Shown here: positions 10,204 through 18,398 of the stretch, piece by piece
Position numbering within the stretch: the first letter of the stretch is position 1
How the letters are laid out: each line of letters begins with the position of its first letter
Origin: Turneriella sp.
GTDB taxonomy: Bacteria > Spirochaetota > Leptospiria > Turneriellales > Turneriellaceae
Length of the DNA: 64,000 nt
Direction of reading: 5' to 3'
NCBI GenBank assembly: GCA_965279515.1
Contig: CBDIID010000003.1
Span: 3,840,001 to 3,904,000, forward strand
The notes under the pieces: model-generated
What the model was told of the DNA's origin: nothing
The model's database searches: none
The model's input: the letters and a program-made list of their open reading frames with translations, nothing else
Position numbers and translations under genes: made by a program

Positions 10204-11024
10204 GCGATTACAGACACGAACATGAAACTCTTCTGCCTGCCGTGCGGGAAGCAGGCAAAGCGGTGATGCAGTTTTTTACTTCGAAAAGTTACGGCGTGCA
10301 ACACAAAGATGCAGATAACCCCGTCACCGATGCCGATTTTGCCGCGAATCGTGTGCTGACGGGCGCGCTGCGCTCGCTGTTTCCGGACGATGCGATTCTC
10401 AGCGAAGAAAGTGATACTGTCGCCGAGCGCGATTATATGTCAGTCGAGCGCTTCGAAAAAAAACGTGTCTGGGTGATTGATCCCATCGATGGCACGCGTG
10501 AATTCATTAAGGGGCGCGAGCAGTTTGCCGTTTCTCTGGGGCTCGTCGAGAATGAAAAACCGGTTTTGGGTTTTATCTTTAATCCCGCGCGCGGCTATCT
10601 CATGAGCGGCGGCCCGGGGCTTGGGCTGTTTCTCGACGGTAAACCGTTCTCGCCGCCGCCGCGCACAGCATTCCATCCGCCGGAAAGTTTCCCCAAACTG
10701 GTCGTTTCGCGCAGCGAACAGAAGAACGGCCACCTGAAACATCTCGAAAAATTCTACCCCGATCTTGAAAATAATGCGCTGGGCTCCATCGCTTATAAAC
10801 TCGCACTGGTCGCTGACGGCACTTACGATCTCGCGGTTTCAGTAAAACCCAAAAACGAATGGGACATCGCCGGCGGTGCTGCGCTGCTTGCCGCGGTAGA
10901 CCTGAATCTCTGGGAAGGGAATTTTGCTCCTATGAAATTTAATAAACCGAATACGGAATCTCTGGGGCTGGTCGCAGGCACCGACGCGGCATGCGCGTGG
11001 TATAAATCGATTATTTCTTCTTAA
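10200..11024 (+). CDS. cysQ: 3'(2'),5'-bisphosphate nucleotidase / inositol monophosphatase family
   Basis: PVTDAD, ILSEE, WVIDPIDGTREF and EWDIAGG motifs. Confidence 0.8.
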   Translation: MSDYRHEHETLLPAVREAGKAVMQFFTSKSYGVQHKDADNPVTDADFAANRVLTGALRSLFPDDAILSEESDTVAERDYMSVERFEKKRVWVIDPIDGTREFIKGREQFAVSLGLVENEKPVLGFIFNPARGYLMSGGPGLGLFLDGKPFSPPPRTAFHPPESFPKLVVSRSEQKNGHLKHLEKFYPDLENNALGSIAYKLALVADGTYDLAVSVKPKNEWDIAGGAALLAAVDLNLWEGNFAPMKFNKPNTESLGLVAGTDAACAWYKSIISS

Positions 11025-11874
11025 AGAACTTAAAGTACATCGTCTCAAAAAACCAGTAGACGACCAGAAACAGCCGGTGCCAGCGATACGGTTTATTGAT
11101 CGTACGCCACAGCCAGGTGTATCCTGCGGCGGCCATAAAGATCGGCGCCTTTTTCTTCGTGCCCGCTAGCGTGTCGAAGGCACCGCCGACGTTGACGATA
11201 ATCAGGTCACCCAGCTGCGAGCGGTTCTCTTCGATCCAGCGCATGCCACGATGATAGCCCATGCCGACGAAAAGAATATGCGGATCGGTCTTGCGCACTG
11301 CTTCCAATACGCGCCCTGCCACGGGCCCCTTCAGGTAACCATTATGGCGGCCGACGATTCTCAGGCCGGCGAATGAACGGCGAAAGTTGGTATAGAGTTT
11401 TTCCAGAACCTCGTCGCGTGAACCCAAAAGGAAAACCGTATATTCCTTCGCGTGGGCGATCCGAATCAGGTTCATCGCATACGCGACGGTGGAAATCAGT
11501 TCGGGAAGAGGGTGCTTCAGCGCGCGCGCCATGTAGAGCATGCCCGAGCCGTCGGGCAGGTTGATGAAGGCGTCGTTCGCCATCGCCAGCATGCGCTTGC
11601 GGAAACGCACCCAGACATAGCGGTAGGGATCAAAAGGGAAAACCAGCTGCGGCCCGAACTGGCCGCTCGACTTACTCTTCTTCTCGCGCATCTGGTCGAG
11701 CCGGTGGATCGAGTGCGCGACCAAATCTGCTGAGCTCGCCTGGTAAAATGGTATTTTGCCGAGGTAAACCCGACGCGCTGCTAACAGCGAGGTATCGATA
11801 TTCTTATATTCGAGAATTGGGTCTGAATCGTCCTTATTGGTCAGAACGGGGTCGAGCGTGAAGTCATTTCTCAT
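11011..11874 (-). CDS. WecB/TagA/CpsF family glycosyltransferase
   Basis: PDGSG, FLLGS, HNGY, VGMG, VGGAFD and WLWR motifs. Confidence 0.85.
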   Translation of the reverse strand: MRNDFTLDPVLTNKDDSDPILEYKNIDTSLLAARRVYLGKIPFYQASSADLVAHSIHRLDQMREKKSKSSGQFGPQLVFPFDPYRYVWVRFRKRMLAMANDAFINLPDGSGMLYMARALKHPLPELISTVAYAMNLIRIAHAKEYTVFLLGSRDEVLEKLYTNFRRSFAGLRIVGRHNGYLKGPVAGRVLEAVRKTDPHILFVGMGYHRGMRWIEENRSQLGDLIIVNVGGAFDTLAGTKKKAPIFMAAAGYTWLWRTINKPYRWHRLFLVVYWFFETMYFKFFKKK

Positions 11875-12117
11875 GGTGCGGCGTGCAGCAAAATTATGTC
11901 GCTTTTCAGCGGGCAGGCGAACTGAACACGGTGTCAATAACTATGGGGATTTTCAGCATTGCTGGAAGGGGTTGCGCGGCCTGCCGCGTACCCCAGAAGG
12001 TAAAAATCTCTTTAGCAATCCACTAATAGGGACGACTATTTACTTAGGCCAAGGATGGCCTAATTTATGGGCGTGTCTAATTGTTTTTAGGCACCTCCAC
12101 GTTACAAGGAAGTAACT

Positions 12118-12303
12118 ATGGCTCGGAGACTCGCCAATAAGGGCAGGCGGAATTTGCCCAAAACGACAGAACTCGGACGGAAGTCATTTTCCTCGACCGA
12201 GGCACGGATTACCGAATATAAACAGCGGATCCGTGACAGGGATTACCTCGATTTCGCCATCGACCGCATCGCTATCGAACTCACCCACTTTTTGACAAAG
12301 TAA
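12118..12303 (+). CDS. Small basic protein with possible FlgM-like C-terminus
   Basis: Preceded by AAGGAAG RBS; TAATG coupling to cysE; RI..YK.RI....Y pattern. Confidence 0.55.
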   Translation: MARRLANKGRRNLPKTTELGRKSFSSTEARITEYKQRIRDRDYLDFAIDRIAIELTHFLTK

Positions 12304-13136
12304 TGGCAGAGTCGCTCTACGCCAAGGTCCGCGCCCGTAGCAGTGACTTTGCCCATACTCTGCCCAACAAAAAAGAAGCCGGCAGTTTTATCCGTGACCT
12401 TTTAGACCTGCTCTTTGCGCACAGCCACGAGACCCAGAAAAAAGCTGCACCCGAGTGGGATGCGGATCTTAAAAACTATGAAAAGGCTTTGTGCTCCTTA
12501 TTAATCCCTTTTACCAATGAAACTCAGGCCGCCGCAATCAGCGCGTCTTTTTTTTATACCGAATTGCCTGCGCTCTACGATGTGCTTTGGCAAGACGCTG
12601 AAGCGGCGTATGCGGGGGACCCCGCGGCGCAGAACATTCAGGAAGTCGTGCTGGCTTACCCGGGTTTTTACGCAGTCGCCGTCTACCGTATCGCCCACTT
12701 CCTCTATTCGCTGAATATTCCGACATTGCCCCGCCTGTTCAGTGAGCATGCGCATGAGAAAACCGGCATCGACATCCATCCTGGCGCAAAAATCGGCCGG
12801 TCTTTTTTTATGGATCATGGTACCGGCATCGTTATCGGCGGCACGAGTATTATCGCCGACAACGTCAAAATTTACCAGGGTGTGACACTCGGAGCGCTCT
12901 CCGTAGACAAGAATCTCGCCAGCACCAAGAGGCATCCCACCATCGAAGAGGGTGTTGTGATTTATGCGGGGGCGACAATTCTGGGTGGTGAGACTGTGAT
13001 CGGCCGCCATTCGGTGATCGGTGGCAATACCTGGCTTGTCGAGAGTGTGCCCGCGTTCTCGGTGGTTTACCACAAAAGCGAAGTGCGCGTGCGGCCTTCG
13101 AAAGAAATTTCCAGCGTTATTGATTTTTCAATCTAA
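12303..13136 (+). CDS. cysE: Serine O-acetyltransferase
   Basis: GDPAA, YPGF, TGIDIHPGA.IG, DHGTGIVIG and KRHPTI motifs. Confidence 0.92.
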   Translation: MAESLYAKVRARSSDFAHTLPNKKEAGSFIRDLLDLLFAHSHETQKKAAPEWDADLKNYEKALCSLLIPFTNETQAAAISASFFYTELPALYDVLWQDAEAAYAGDPAAQNIQEVVLAYPGFYAVAVYRIAHFLYSLNIPTLPRLFSEHAHEKTGIDIHPGAKIGRSFFMDHGTGIVIGGTSIIADNVKIYQGVTLGALSVDKNLASTKRHPTIEEGVVIYAGATILGGETVIGRHSVIGGNTWLVESVPAFSVVYHKSEVRVRPSKEISSVIDFSI

Positions 13137-14842
13137 GCGGGGTCGTCCGGCACTTCACGGCCGATCACAACCATCGCCTGCCTGCCCTCGTACGTGATGA
13201 CAAAGCCTGTCGATTCCACTGTGATGACCTTGCCGTCGATGCGGATGACCTTACGCTTGAAGGGCGGCAGTTTCGCGTCAGGCCCTTGCTGCATCAGTTT
13301 CTGAATCCGTTCGACTGCTTCTGACCTCGAATCGGGGTGGGTAAAATCGACGCCGTTGCGGCCGATGAGCTCTGCCGGCGTCGCTGCACCCATCATCCTT
13401 GCCCCGGCGGGATTCGTATAGATGACAAATCCGGATTGGTGGATGATGATACTGTCGCCGACTTCTTCGACGATTTTCCGGAATCTTTCTTCGCTTTCGT
13501 GCAGGGCCTGTTCGGTTTTACGGTTTCCTGAGATGTCGGTAATCATCGCGAGCGCACCGGTAATATTGCCTTCGATATCGGTGATCGGGTTTGTGCTCGC
13601 CAGAGTCCAGATCTCGTGCCCTTCCTTGTGCTCGAGGGCAAATTCATGTGCTTCCTGGATACCCGCATTGCGGCGTGCGAGAAGAGCTATCGCCGCTTCT
13701 CGCCGCGCCGGTTTCATGAAATCTGTGAACGGTTTGCCGTACATCGTCGCCGAAGTGTAGCCAAGCATCTCTGCCATACGGCGGTTGACGAATGTCGTTT
13801 TGCCTTGCGTGTCGATCGTCCAGACGCCTTCTTCTGCCGTTTCGACGAGTCTTTGGAAATCGATCGACGTACGAGTCAGGGCGACATCCGATTGGCGCCG
13901 CCGCGTTTCTTCGTTGCGGTAGGCCTCGAGCGTGTCTGAGAGTTTTTGCATCGTCGTGCGCCGCTCGTTGAACGTCGTCGCGAGGGCCATGCCCACGGTC
14001 GAGAGCGTGACGAGGAACATCCAGATATTGGCGAAGTCATAGGGCTTGTTGAAATGGTTGGAGACAGAAAACGTGGCATACGTGCCGATGATCGACTGCG
14101 TCACGATAATCGTTGTGACGACCAGTGTCGCATGACGGCCGAAGCGTACCGCCGCCCACGAGACGAAAATAAATGCGACGAATGAACGCGGATAAGCGCC
14201 GAAAAACCCTGTCGAACCTTCGAGAAAAATTTTTCCGCCGATGAAGGTCAGGGCGATACCGGCGAGCGCTTCGGCGATGCGCTTTTTGTTGAACCAGCCA
14301 TAGGGTAGTTTACGCCAGATGAGAATCAGCGGTGTGATGAGAATAATACCGAGCGAGCCACCCATCCACCAGGTCTGTACATGGTAGAAAAACGGTACGG
14401 GCGAAAAGGTCAGGTATTGTATCGCTGCTGCGGCGATGAAGCTACCAGGTATCGGCACCAGCACGCCGGTCACCAGTATCAACATAATATAGTCTTTCGC
14501 GCGTGAAAGCTGGATGTCAATCGGCGTGAGGCGCGTGACGAAAAACCATGCCATCAGGGTTTCGAGCGCGTTGGCGGCAGCATAGATACCCCTGAGTTTC
14601 CAGGGAATCTGATTGAAGTGTCCTGAGATGAGGGCGGCGACGAGCACAACGGGCACATACCGCGGACCGCCGATCAGCACTGCTGCGATGCCAAGCCCGC
14701 TGGCGGGCCAGAAGATCGTGCTAAGCCCGGTCTCGGAAAAAAAATGCAGCGCCGCGACGCTGCAGGCGACATAGACGGCGATGAAGGCTGCCATGCGCGC
14801 AGCTTCAGCCGCAATGGATTTCAGATCGGCTTTTTTCTCCAT
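13133..14842 (-). CDS. MASE1 + two PAS domain sensor protein lacking an output domain
   Basis: FWPASG, WWMG and WAAVRFG MASE1 motifs, then two PAS/PAC repeats (FVNRRMAEMLGY..DIS; YTNPAGARMMG). Confidence 0.8.
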   Translation of the reverse strand: MEKKADLKSIAAEAARMAAFIAVYVACSVAALHFFSETGLSTIFWPASGLGIAAVLIGGPRYVPVVLVAALISGHFNQIPWKLRGIYAAANALETLMAWFFVTRLTPIDIQLSRAKDYIMLILVTGVLVPIPGSFIAAAAIQYLTFSPVPFFYHVQTWWMGGSLGIILITPLILIWRKLPYGWFNKKRIAEALAGIALTFIGGKIFLEGSTGFFGAYPRSFVAFIFVSWAAVRFGRHATLVVTTIIVTQSIIGTYATFSVSNHFNKPYDFANIWMFLVTLSTVGMALATTFNERRTTMQKLSDTLEAYRNEETRRRQSDVALTRTSIDFQRLVETAEEGVWTIDTQGKTTFVNRRMAEMLGYTSATMYGKPFTDFMKPARREAAIALLARRNAGIQEAHEFALEHKEGHEIWTLASTNPITDIEGNITGALAMITDISGNRKTEQALHESEERFRKIVEEVGDSIIIHQSGFVIYTNPAGARMMGAATPAELIGRNGVDFTHPDSRSEAVERIQKLMQQGPDAKLPPFKRKVIRIDGKVITVESTGFVITYEGRQAMVVIGREVPDDPA

Positions 14843-14961
14843 TACCGATCGGCAGCGTATTAGAGACAAGCAAAGGGTAAAGGGAAAATAGAGTGGTTTG
14901 ATGACCCAAACCAAATTCTCGAATTGCTTGCCGTGCATGCCGTACGGGTAAGATTGACCCG

Positions 14962-15801
14962 ATGAAAATCCACCATCTGCAGACGGCTAGTTTTTGCCCG
15001 TATGGCGGTCCGCTGCTGCATGACCGGGGACTCACCGGCGGCGACGCCCACCTCATCTGCCATTCGCTGCTGATTGAGACGAATGACGGCCTGGTGCTCA
15101 TCGATACCGGCTTTGGCATCGACGACCTGAACGACCCCAAAGAGCGCCTGCCGGGCCCGTTTCTGGCGCTCATGAATGTGAAGTGGGATCTAAAACTTAC
15201 CGCGGCCCAGCAGGTCGAGGCGCTGGGTTTTAAGCGCAGCGACGTACGCCACATTATTCCGACACACCTCGATCTCGACCATGCCGGCGGCATGCCCGAT
15301 TTCCCGAAGGCGCAGGTGCACATTTACGAAGACGAATACCTCGCCGCGATGCAGCCGCAGACGCTGAATGAGAAACAACGTTACCGCCAGGTGCACTGGC
15401 GCCACCTGCCCGACTGGCAGCGCTATAATCTCGAAGGCGAGTCGTGGTTCGGTTTTCCCGCGGTGCGTCCGCTCCTGGGCGCCGGCAAAGAAGAAATTCT
15501 GCTGATTCCCGTCACCGGGCATACGCGCGGGCATACGGCGATTGCCGTGAAAGGCGAGCATGGCTGGCTCATGCATTGCGGCGACGCCTATTTCCATAAG
15601 GGCCAGGTCGATTTAGAACACGAGCACTGCCCGATCGGTCTCGATATTTTCCAGCGCTTCATGGCGGTCGACAATGAAGCGCGCGTCGAGAATCTCACGC
15701 GGCTGCGTGAACTCAAGCGCAACCATAACCATGAAATCGAACTTTTTAGCGCGCACGACAAAGACGAATTCGAACGTCTGGCCGCGCGCGCGGCGGTTTA
15801 A
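14962..15801 (+). CDS. MBL-fold metallo-hydrolase
   Basis: LIDTG, THLDLDHAGG, GHTRGH, GDA and AHD motifs. Confidence 0.9.
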   Translation: MKIHHLQTASFCPYGGPLLHDRGLTGGDAHLICHSLLIETNDGLVLIDTGFGIDDLNDPKERLPGPFLALMNVKWDLKLTAAQQVEALGFKRSDVRHIIPTHLDLDHAGGMPDFPKAQVHIYEDEYLAAMQPQTLNEKQRYRQVHWRHLPDWQRYNLEGESWFGFPAVRPLLGAGKEEILLIPVTGHTRGHTAIAVKGEHGWLMHCGDAYFHKGQVDLEHEHCPIGLDIFQRFMAVDNEARVENLTRLRELKRNHNHEIELFSAHDKDEFERLAARAAV

Positions 15802-15803
15802 AA

Positions 15804-16622
15804 TTGGATAGCCGCGCGCTACAGCGTTCGGTCAACGAATTCTTCAACAAACGTTTTCCCAATTCGGGTTTTACCAAATTCCTTTTGGGCCTCGCCGACT
15901 ATGCGTGGTTTGCGCGCAAGGTGTTCCAGTCGGCGCTGCACCTCAGAGGCAAGCACCTGGACACCTTTATCCGTGTCGTGATCAACCAGGTGCGCTTCAC
16001 CGGCGCACAGGCATTGCCGATGTTATCGATCATCGCGCTTTCTATCGGCGGCACGACGATCATCCAGGCGATCACATTCTTGCCGAAACTCGGGCAAGAT
16101 AACTTTATCGGCAATCTTTTACGCCTCGTCATTATCCGCGAAGTCGGCCCGCTACTCACCGCCATCATTGTACTGGCGCGTTCAGGCTCCGCGATCACCG
16201 CAGAGATGTGCACACAGAAAATGCACCGCGAAATCGAATCGATGGAGATGATGGGCATCAATCCCTACCTTATCATGGTATTGCCGCGGCTGGCAGGCGG
16301 TGTGATCTCGCTCGTTCTATTGATTTCTTATTTTGACACGATTGCGATTATCGGTGGTTACCTGATTTCCCTGCTCTTCACCTCATTCCCATTTTCAGAA
16401 TTTGTCGATCATATTGCGCGTTCGATGACGATGACCGATGTACTCTCGACCTTCGTCAAGGCGGTGCTCTCGGGAATGGTGATTCCTCTCACCTGCACCT
16501 ATTACGGCTTCAAACCCGAATCGTTGTTCCAGATTCCGATCTATGTCTCGAAAGCGGTCATCCGCAGTCTGTTCATCGTCTTTTTGCTGAATGCGTTTAT
16601 TTCTGTACTGCTATACCTATGA
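15804..16622 (+). CDS. MlaE-family ABC transporter permease
   Basis: REVGPLLTAI..LARSGSA..AE and MGINP..PR motifs. Confidence 0.88.
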   Translation: MDSRALQRSVNEFFNKRFPNSGFTKFLLGLADYAWFARKVFQSALHLRGKHLDTFIRVVINQVRFTGAQALPMLSIIALSIGGTTIIQAITFLPKLGQDNFIGNLLRLVIIREVGPLLTAIIVLARSGSAITAEMCTQKMHREIESMEMMGINPYLIMVLPRLAGGVISLVLLISYFDTIAIIGGYLISLLFTSFPFSEFVDHIARSMTMTDVLSTFVKAVLSGMVIPLTCTYYGFKPESLFQIPIYVSKAVIRSLFIVFLLNAFISVLLYL

Positions 16623-17188
16623 GCTTTTTTGCTGCGAGATATTTCAGGGTGGGATTTCTCACCTTGCTGTATTCCGGCGCCGTTCTTCACGCGGCGCCCG
16701 CGGCACAGTACCAGCCAAAGGACCAGGTGCAGCCGGCTTCACCGCTGAAGATTGCCGCACTCGATTTTCTGCTGCCGGGTTATGGTACCTATACACAGAA
16801 TAAGACCGGTTTCGCCGCGGCCTACTTCAGCGCCAATATCGCCAATCTGGCCCTGATCTACATTGCTTACCGCAACTGGCGCTTTTACGAATCGGCTTAC
16901 CAGGCCGCGGCCACACGTCAGGCAATGGAACCCGATAAATTGTTTTTTCAGGACCCCTCGGGCGGCGATTCGTATTTGTCGTTGCAGGATATCAAGAACC
17001 GCGCGGATCGCGGTCAGTTATTTTTTGCCTTGTCGATTATTGCCAATGTCGCGATCCGCAGTCTCAGCGCATGGCATAGCTGGTCGCTCGCCGACGAAGC
17101 CGCGACAAAATCAGGGCCGCGCTACGAGTTTTATCCCGATGGCGCAACCGGATTCAAATCGCAGCTGGGTTATCAGCTGAGTTTTTAA
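16619..17188 (+). CDS. Hypothetical exported/membrane protein
   Basis: Signal peptide, LLPGYG motif and hydrophobic helices; ATGA overlap with the upstream gene. Confidence 0.65.
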   Translation: MSFFAARYFRVGFLTLLYSGAVLHAAPAAQYQPKDQVQPASPLKIAALDFLLPGYGTYTQNKTGFAAAYFSANIANLALIYIAYRNWRFYESAYQAAATRQAMEPDKLFFQDPSGGDSYLSLQDIKNRADRGQLFFALSIIANVAIRSLSAWHSWSLADEAATKSGPRYEFYPDGATGFKSQLGYQLSF

Positions 17189-17198
17189 GCGGGGTTCT

Positions 17199-17222
17199 AA
17201 AAGGGTACGCAGTACCCCTTTC
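17199..17222. terminator. Hairpin between convergent genes
   Basis: AAAAGGGTAC-GCA-GTACCCCTTTT. Confidence 0.45.
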
Positions 17223-17228
17223 AGATTC

Positions 17229-18137
17229 TTACTGATTCGCTTTCGCGTTCGATGCCATTGTCAGGTAGTATGCTTGCACATCATACCAAGTTTGGCCTGT
17301 ACCCGCAAAGTTTGTCGCTTGCAGGTGGTCTATCCCCGTCGTCAGAATACCGTAAGAAGGGCCACCCTTCCATGTACCCCACTGCTGTGATGATAACGGT
17401 ACGACACCGTCGTTGTCGCCACCCTGACCGTTGAACACACCGCCTGTCCAGGTGATCGGGTAGGTGATGCCCATGAGCGGATGCTGGATCAGATCGGGCA
17501 GGGTAATCTTCGAGCCGTAAGAAAAATATTTCACCGCCGCATTGTTCGGGTTGGCGGCGTTGAGGGCATTGGCATTCGCCACGGTCAGAGAAGCCGCCAT
17601 TGCAATGACATCCTGCCTGGTTTTGCCGTAGACTATTTGCGAAATTACGTTCACGACCACGTTGACTGACGGTTGCAGCCAGGTCGGAACCACGGCGAGC
17701 GCAATATCAGCCACCGGTGTGCCGCGGTTAACGCCGTTGATGGTGGTTACCGACGCGACTTTTGAAGCCATGCCCAGCGAACTCACCATGTAGCGTGAAA
17801 CCAGCGCGCCCTGCGAATGGGCGATAATGTTTACTTTAGTATAACCGTTTGCGGCAATCCAGCTATTAATCTGGTTTTTCTGGTCGAGCGCACGGTTTGA
17901 AACCGATTGAATCGGGTTGGTGCCCGGTGTCAGAACCGCCGCGCCCTGATCGCGCAGGTACTGGTCCATGCCGCCCCAGTATTTTATTGCGCCGCCGAGA
18001 AGTCCCTTGGTATCGTCGAAGCCCAGAATGCCGTGCGACAGAACGATGGGGTAAGAACCCTGCAATGGCTTAGATGAACTGCCCGAACCTGCCCACACAT
18101 AGCCGGTAGCTAATAAAGAAAGGATAAGATATCTCAT
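17229..18137 (-). CDS. Secreted triacylglycerol lipase (alpha/beta hydrolase)
   Basis: Signal peptide; YPIVLSHG, AHSQG nucleophile elbow, NDGVV and IDH motifs. Confidence 0.9.
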   Translation of the reverse strand: MRYLILSLLATGYVWAGSGSSSKPLQGSYPIVLSHGILGFDDTKGLLGGAIKYWGGMDQYLRDQGAAVLTPGTNPIQSVSNRALDQKNQINSWIAANGYTKVNIIAHSQGALVSRYMVSSLGMASKVASVTTINGVNRGTPVADIALAVVPTWLQPSVNVVVNVISQIVYGKTRQDVIAMAASLTVANANALNAANPNNAAVKYFSYGSKITLPDLIQHPLMGITYPITWTGGVFNGQGGDNDGVVPLSSQQWGTWKGGPSYGILTTGIDHLQATNFAGTGQTWYDVQAYYLTMASNAKANQ

Positions 18138-18398
18138 GGAAACTCCCAACACGCTTAGATTGGTAACAAAGGGGATTTCCTCTTGAACCAGCTATAGATG
18201 GGGTTAGTTAAGAGCGGGGTGCCAAAAAATTCGGGGGGATTGATGCTGATGACGCCTTTTTTAATTGATTATTTAATGATATATTTTTAAAGAAATCGAT
18301 ACATTCAAAAAATTGACTTAGACGACGCTGAGTTAAATTTCACGACACCATGTCTTAATTTTTTTCGGTGGACGACTGTTTTTCAAAAGGAGGAATTT

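Noticed and set aside
18313..18339. Sigma70-like TTGACT...TAAATT upstream of the Kelch lipoprotein
   Set aside because: Spacer is only 15 nt and the region is AT-rich, so the match could be chance
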